64,000 nt of DNA from Octopus vulgaris (lineage: Eukaryota): contig OX597816.1 of the NCBI GenBank assembly GCA_951406725.2, positions 3,224,001-3,288,000 of the forward strand, in the 5' to 3' direction. Positions within the stretch are counted from its first letter, which is position 1. The number at the start of each line of letters is the position of its first letter. Of this stretch, positions 56,995 through 64,000 are shown piece after piece. A program made the translations under genes and the position numbers. Under the pieces are notes generated by a model. The model had not been told where the DNA came from. It did not search any database and worked only from the letters and a program-made list of their open reading frames with translations.

Positions 56995-57943
56995 TGTCTT
57001 TTACTGGTTTCAGTCATTGGACTGCGGCCATGCTGGGGCACCACCTCGAACTGTTTAGCTCAATCGGGGTCCGTATAAGATTTTGTTGTTAAAACTTGTG
57101 AGCAATAAACTGGATATACGTCTACAATGCACAAAGCATTTTAACAATTTTTTAAAAATACAATTTCTTAAAATATTTAATTATTAAAATGTAGCAGAAT
57201 TATTCTAACATGGCGGAGGGTAAAGTAAGAGTAAAATCAGAAATAAAGGAACAAAAAATAGTTGAGAACCACGGGCCTAATTGAACACATCAATCGCAGA
57301 ACTTTTTTTTAAAAGTCTTGTATTTAACCAATCGGTCTTTTAGGACCAAAGGCTAGGTTCCGTGAATTAAACAAACCAACATCGGTTATCAAGCGGTAGT
57401 GGAGAGAAGACAAACACATGTTTGTCTAAACTTTTATACGATGGACTTCCATACAGTTTCCGTGTACGAAATTCACCCACAAGGCATTAGGCGATGCGGG
57501 GCTATAGCAGAAGAAGCGTGCCCAAAGTGCCGCGGTTGCAAAGCGAGGTTTTTATTGCAGCCACACTTGCGACCGGATCAGCGATTTTTATGGAGAAGAA
57601 AAACATTGGGAAAAAAATGAAAAGCCCGGAAAGTTTTTAATCCAGGAGGGAACAAAATAGGGGCCAACCGTATTGCTCTTGTTTGGATAATTAATTAAAC
57701 ACAGATAATTAATTTTTAAAATCTTTTATCTTTTTGATTGCTTCAGTCATTAGACTGTGGCCATGCTGGGGTACCGCCTTGAAGAATTTTTAGTTGAATC
57801 AATCGAACCTACTTCTTTTTTATTGTTCTTTTTTGAAGCCTACTACTTATTCTATCGGTCTCTTTTTACCGAACTGCTAAGTTATAGGGACGTATACAAA
57901 GCAGCACCAGTCGTCAAGCGGTGTGCAGGGACAAACACAGACA

Positions 57944-57950
<7 letters not shown>
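56995..57950 (-). mobile_element. Old SINE family B copies, the first interrupted by a hAT-like MITE (57055-57273)
   Basis: TTTCAGTCATT.GACTG.GGCCATGCTGGGG at about 57008 and 57741; MITE end GTTGAGAACCACGG. Confidence 0.65.
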
Positions 57951-57987
<37 letters not shown>

Positions 57988-58226
57988 AAAAAAATACATG
58001 TACACACATACACTCACACACAAACACACACATACATAAAAACACACACTCACACAAATTCACACATACGCACACACACACATACAAACACACATACATG
58101 CACATACGCACATACGCTCACACGCACACACACTCAAAAACGCACACACACATTCATACACACAAACATACACACACACGGATTTCTGTACATAAGAACT
58201 GACGCTTGCGCACATTGATAGACATA

Positions 58227-58346
<120 letters not shown>

Positions 58347-58447
58347 TGTGTGTGTGTGTAAATGACTCTTTGTGCATGTGTATGGATTTTAGTTGATATT
58401 GAAGCTTGAGAATGTGGCTGAAAGCTTGTGTGTGTGTGTATGTGTGT

Positions 58448-58530
<83 letters not shown>

Positions 58531-59029
58531 TGTGTGTGTGTGTGTGGTGAAAGAGCGAAGGCGTGGCGAAGTGTAAACGAGCGTAAACTCGTGAATTCCG
58601 ATAATAGTAAACGGCAACACTTGTGACACGTGACAGTCAACATGGGTGAGTGTTAGCGGGAGAAAAGGGGAGGGAGGGAGGGGGCAATGGTCGTAGTAAT
58701 GGAGGTGATGGTGGTGGAGGTGGTGGCGGCGGTGGCGGTGGTAGTGATTCTTGTGGCGAAGTTTTGGTGTTGGTGACAGTGATGTGTGAATGATGATGAT
58801 GATGATGATGATGGTGGTGATGGCAGTGGTGGTGGTGGTGTCGGAGATGAGGGTGCTGACACATGGCACGTGAGTGACGTATGTCTTATTTCTTGTAAAA
58901 TTCCAATACACACACGCACACACACACACACACACATACACAACATACGCACACATACACATGTACACCCAGTCAAACAAGAGCGTCGTAGAGAACAAAG
59001 GTATGACATAGAACTGGGCAATTACCATC

Positions 59030-59092
<63 letters not shown>

Positions 59093-59093
59093 G

Positions 59094-59306
59094 AGGCAGC
59101 GCGCTGGTAGATACGTTAGCATGCCGGGCAAAATGCTTAGCGGCATTTCGTTCGTCTTCACGCTCTAAGTTCAAATTCCACCGTGGTCGAGTTTGCTTTT
59201 CATATTTTTGGGGTCGATAAATTAAGTACCAGTGAAGTACTGAGGTCGATATGATCGACTAGTTCCCCTCCCCCCAAAATTCAGGCCATGGGCCTATAGT
59301 AGGAAA

Positions 59307-59378
<72 letters not shown>

Positions 59379-59570
59379 TATTATTGTTATTGTTATTATT
59401 CGGGCAGCGAACTGGCAGAATCGTTTGCGCGTCTGGCAAAATGCCTAGCGGCATTCCGCCCGTTTCTACGTTCTGAGTTCAAATGCACTGGGGATGACTT
59501 TGCTTTTAAACCTTTCGGGGTCGACAAAATAAGTACCAGTTAAATACTGGAGTCAACGTAACAGACCTAC
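59094..59570 (+). mobile_element. Two SINE family A copies within (TTA)n
   Basis: Heads at about 59094 and 59403. Confidence 0.8.
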
Positions 59571-60169
59571 GTCTCAGAGTGGCCGATGTCGTGTGTTTGA
59601 ACAGCGTAGATAAATACAGGTACATGAAGCATCATACAAAATGCATTGCTGATGTATTATAAATTATCTCACCCCTCTAGAGAAAGCATCATAATCAATA
59701 TGCAAATTACCTAGGTCATAAATGTATTCTACTTTTTTTGAATAAGTTGTTATCATTTTGAATAAGCAACGTATAGGAACCTCATTAACGATTTTGTCTT
59801 TGGCGCCTTTTCTTCGACAGACCATTAAGTATATAGAAATAATTTGCCTGGTGACTAACTAGTGGTCGTACGTTAGCTAAATTTAAGTTTTTGCAATGAT
59901 TTACACGATTTGGCTTCGGTTACAGAATTCGACGACTTCTACAATCCACTTTCATTATTGAAAAACAGTTCTCTCACGAATACACACAAACTGATTCACA
60001 CAACGTATCTTTTTCTCTCTGTCATCGTAACCTTTCGTTACATTCCTCGAATGAAAGGCTTAAAAATTATATAGAAAACTATTAGTTATATTGAAGTGTT
60101 AATCACATTTATGCCTTCCCAAATAATAATAACATAATTTCCAAGATGTTGCTACATTAACAAGGATGA

Positions 60170-60390
60170 TCTAAACCCTTAGGTTACATGTGACTGAGAT
60201 GCCACCGGAAAGAATCACAAGCGAGATGCTTCAAGTGAAGCCGAGGGCTAAGAACAAGCTGGTTGGATTAATATGCATGGTCATGGTTGATTCCGACAGG
60301 ACCCTATGGAGAAGGATATGTGAGGACACTACCCCCGAGACCCTGCCAGGAATAACGGGCGGAGAAGATGGATGGATGTCTGTGGCGATC
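60170..60390 (+). mobile_element. Degraded RTE-like LINE 3' end
   Basis: HVTEMPPERIT..L..KP and DRTLWRRI resemble the RTE C-terminus; ends in (GATG)n. Confidence 0.45.
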
Positions 60391-61040
60391 AGGTAGATAG
60401 GAATGGAATCATCAAAGGTTACATTAGACAAAGGATTACATTAGCCTTGCTTGGGGATGGTCACGACTGGATCAGATAGGATCAAATCCAACCCAGGGTT
60501 AAGGAACAACAAGCCAACAACAAGTTAATTAATCTCCTGTTTGCTAATGATATCGATTTATCCTTAATTAATGTTAAACATTACTGTGATTAATTGTTTC
60601 TTTCCTTTCCTTTTCTTTTCCCGTCCTCTTTCTCTTTTTCTTCACTCCTTTCTTTCTTTCTTTATTTATTTCTCTCTTCATTTACATGTGGGACTGGAGC
60701 AAATAGTGGCCATACATTATCAAGTTCAGAATTCAAAAGGTCAGAGGTGAACCAGCAAAACAAGCTGGACCACAAGTCCATCAATAATGGAGCACGGTTT
60801 TGGTTTATGGCCGTGGCTAATTGGTCACTTGGTTGTGATGGAGTTCTTTAATGTTCATCTTTGGTTTCAGTTGAAATATTATCCTGCTTGGTCAACCGGT
60901 TGGATCATACGCCTCAGCATCTGTCAGTGATAAACACAGACACAAACCCCACACACACCATACACATAACATCTATGAATTTCTGAATGCATTCATGTGT
61001 AGACGACATATATACATATAATATACACAATTATGATATA

Positions 61041-61134
<94 letters not shown>

Positions 61135-61417
61135 TTATGTTACATTTGTTCTTTAATCTCAAGTATTGTTAAATAGAGGAAACTATGATTCGTGACGTTT
61201 TTTCTAATATTTTTCAGAGTAGATCTCTAGTTTGGTCCCATTTTAATTAAAATTTACAGGAAAATTTGACTGGTGTTTCTAGCTGGACGAATGACTGCAG
61301 TGGCTGTCGTTTTAGTTGGTGCGTGTGTTTGTTCGTTGTTCGTTTGTGTGTGCCTGTGAGTTCATACACATATATACACAGGTATACATTATATATATAT
61401 ATATATATATATATATT

Positions 61418-61815
61418 CTAGCAGTATCGCAAGCGTTGCTCGGGTTTGTTTCGACCCTTTAGAATTGGAATTTTTGAAAAGTAAAAGTTTTGCATTATGT
61501 AGCTTGTTATTCACTTTAATTGAACATTTTTCTGGTTGAAATACACCGAAAAATGGCGACACAGCAGTCAAAAAATCGTAAAAAATAGGGATTTTCATAG
61601 AAAGAAAGCACCTTTTCGATATAAATAATTTTTGGTGTTAACATGGTCCGATTTGATTTTTCTCTTCTACGGAATGAACAGCAAGCCTTCTTCTATCATA
61701 CTCTCAATTTTGGTCAACTTGCGCCGCAGGGTCTTGGAGGAGATAGTGTTAGTTGAAGGCTACCAAATCTGCCACACACAGACAACCTCAGCCTTATATT
61801 TATATATATATATAT
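61418..61815 (-). mobile_element. Non-autonomous Helitron-like element, copy 3
   Basis: CTAGCAGTATCGC...GTTGCTCGGGTTTG, homologous to copies 1 and 2. Confidence 0.75.
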
Positions 61816-62043
61816 ACATACACACACGCACTCACACACACACACACACACATATATGTAGTTGATAGAATAAAAGTATAAAAGTATAAACATGGGGACC
61901 CAAGTGGTATCAGGTCATACCATCGACATGTATGAATTCAAACACTGACACAACGTGAGGAAAGAATTGAGTGTTAGAGGAGTTTAGACGACAAGAAGCT
62001 GACAAAAGATCAGTTGAAGGACGTTCAAAACGGTTGTTGTATA

Positions 62044-63373
62044 CGTGGTCTGATCAATAAGTATCCGGACTGTTGCTATAGTAACGAAGCTAAAGCACGC
62101 AAAGTAAAGCCGCTTGGCACAGATTGACCTTGACCTCTCTGTTGTGCATGCGCACCAAGTTTTAACGTTCTAGCCCACATCCGCTGTTTACAGCAGTGCT
62201 TGCAAGGAACGTGTGTAGCGTGTGATCATCGCATTGACCATGACAAAGAATGTCGAGCAGAGAATCTGCATCAAATTTTGCCAAACAACTTGGCGGTAGC
62301 TGCTCAGAGACCTACGCAAAGTTTTTAAAAAGTGTATAGAGAGGAATGTATGATCCGAAAAAATGTCGATATTGACGAACGCTCTGGGAGAGCCGCAACC
62401 AGCAGAACTGAGAAAACCATTGCAGATATGCGTACAGCTGTGAGGGGAAATCGTTGAATCACCATCCGTGAGTTATCAGAGGATGTGCAGATTAGTTACG
62501 GTTCTGTTCAATCCATTATCACTGAAGAAACCAATTCTACTCTATGACTCAGAAACCTGGACGTTATCAAAGAAGCTTGAGAGGCGGTTGGATGGAACTT
62601 ACACTCGCCTCCTTATGAGAGCTCAAAATCTCTCGTGGAAGCGTCATCCAACCAAAGTACAAATATATGGGAAATTACCACCTGTATCATCTCTTGTGAA
62701 AGGTAGAAGATTCCAGTTTGTTGGACATTGTTGTAGAGCTGAAAACAAGGTAATTTCTACTCTTCTCCTCTGGAAGCCATCTGCTTGCGATACCAGAGGG
62801 CGCACATTCTCCTACCCTGATGTAATCTCCAGGGATACAAGCATCCAGCAACAGTACCTCCGTAATGCTATGATGGACCGTGACGTCTGGCGTAACATAG
62901 TAAATTCCATTGTCTCAACCCCGGCCAAACAATGATGATGATGATCATTGAAGATTTGGGTACAAGACGCGTGTCTGCCAAATTTGTGCCAAAACTACTT
63001 TCAGCTGACGACGTACCTGCCCATTCAGCGCGGCTTGTCCAGCAATTTTTGGCTAGGCACAGCATTCCCCAGGTCCGACAGCCACCGTATTCCCCAGATC
63101 TCGCCCCTTGCGACTTTTGCCTCTTTACAAAAATCAAGTTCCGCTTGAGAGGAAGATTTCAGAACGTCGAGGAAATCAAAGTGAATGCGTCGAGGCAGCT
63201 GCTGATTATCCCAGAAAACGAATTCCAAGAATGCTTCCATCAATGGAAACAACGCTGGATTAAGTGTGTGGCTTCCGAAGAGGACCACTTTGAAGGTGAT
63301 AAACTAACAAATTGGTACGTGCTGTAGTTTTGTTTTTATAGCACTAGTCCCTATACTTATTGATTAGACCTCG
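62044..63373 (+). mobile_element. Internally deleted mariner transposon
   Basis: TIRs CGTGGTCTGATCAATAAGTATCCGGACT / AGTCCCTATACTTATTGATTAGACCTCG, TA TSD, motifs QRICIKFC, SAKFVPKLL, PPYSPDLAPCDF. Confidence 0.92.
62529..62943 (+). mobile_element. 5'-truncated RTE LINE nested in the mariner
   Basis: PILLYDSETWTL..LDGTYTRLLMRA..F.GHC.R..DRDVWR; (TGA)n tail; TSD ATCACTGAAGA / ATCATTGAAGA. Confidence 0.88.
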
Positions 63374-64000
63374 TATGTTAAAATTCTCACAGAACAGTTA
63401 CACCGAATTATTGGCATGAAGTAAAAATAGTTATCTTTGATAGAAATACAAAGCTCAATGAGAAGAAAAGAGGAAGGAACGAAGGAAGAAGGTGTGCCGA
63501 TAATCTTTTACAGCTATTTCAAGAATAGCTGCGCAGATGGTGAGTTTCCCTGAAAACGATCGCCAGTCAACGTTGTATCTGCGATCTGTTCCATTATCGG
63601 AAGAATACTGAGAGAGAGAGTCTTAGTAGGAAGTGATGCTGACGGTGGAATGCAGAAATCGGTGAGTTTAAAAGAAGAGAGACAGAAAAATATAGTCATA
63701 AGCATAGGAAGTAATTGATGTATTAAGTTTGTGAGTTTAACTTAAATACGTAGACGGAAATGGTCAGTGTTTGTATGGGTAGGGAGGGATTCTGAGCGGG
63801 ATGGCGTGAAAGGGACCATGTGTAGAATAGCGACAGCGAATGGGACAAGTAAATACACATATAATTAGATAGGAAGGTATATAGACAGTTATATACACGC
63901 ATGTACGCATATATTGACAAACGTACTGTATTCTCTTAAAAAGGTGTAAAATTGTTCCCACAAAATCGCTTCAGATACTTTTTCAAAATCTTCGTTTTAA

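Overview
Eukaryotic, AT-rich, extremely microsatellite-dense DNA. The tRNA-derived SINE families and (CA)/(TA)/(CATA)/(TATC)/(TAA) tracts look like an Octopus (coleoid cephalopod) genome; this is inference from repeat content. No intact host protein-coding gene is visible, and nearly all ORFs in the track are microsatellite or SINE artefacts, so the window is probably intergenic or a very large intron. It holds decayed transposons: an RTE LINE 3' end with three C2H2 fingers, a Chapaev3-like DNA transposon, an L1/Tx1 3' end, an R4/Dong 3' end beside a TAA array, CR1-like tails, a mariner with a nested RTE, three Helitron-like elements, a HINE and dozens of SINEs. The most striking pattern is a set of unrelated fold-back (long inverted-repeat) elements carrying minimal type-I hammerhead ribozyme motifs (about 0.3, 16.4, 27.8 and 39.0 kb, plus a solo motif at 31.4 kb), most like Penelope-type pseudo-LTR derivatives. 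Unique islands contain candidate regulatory signals, including a full match to the Pax6 paired-domain consensus. Coordinates were read by eye, and repeat boundaries are approximate.
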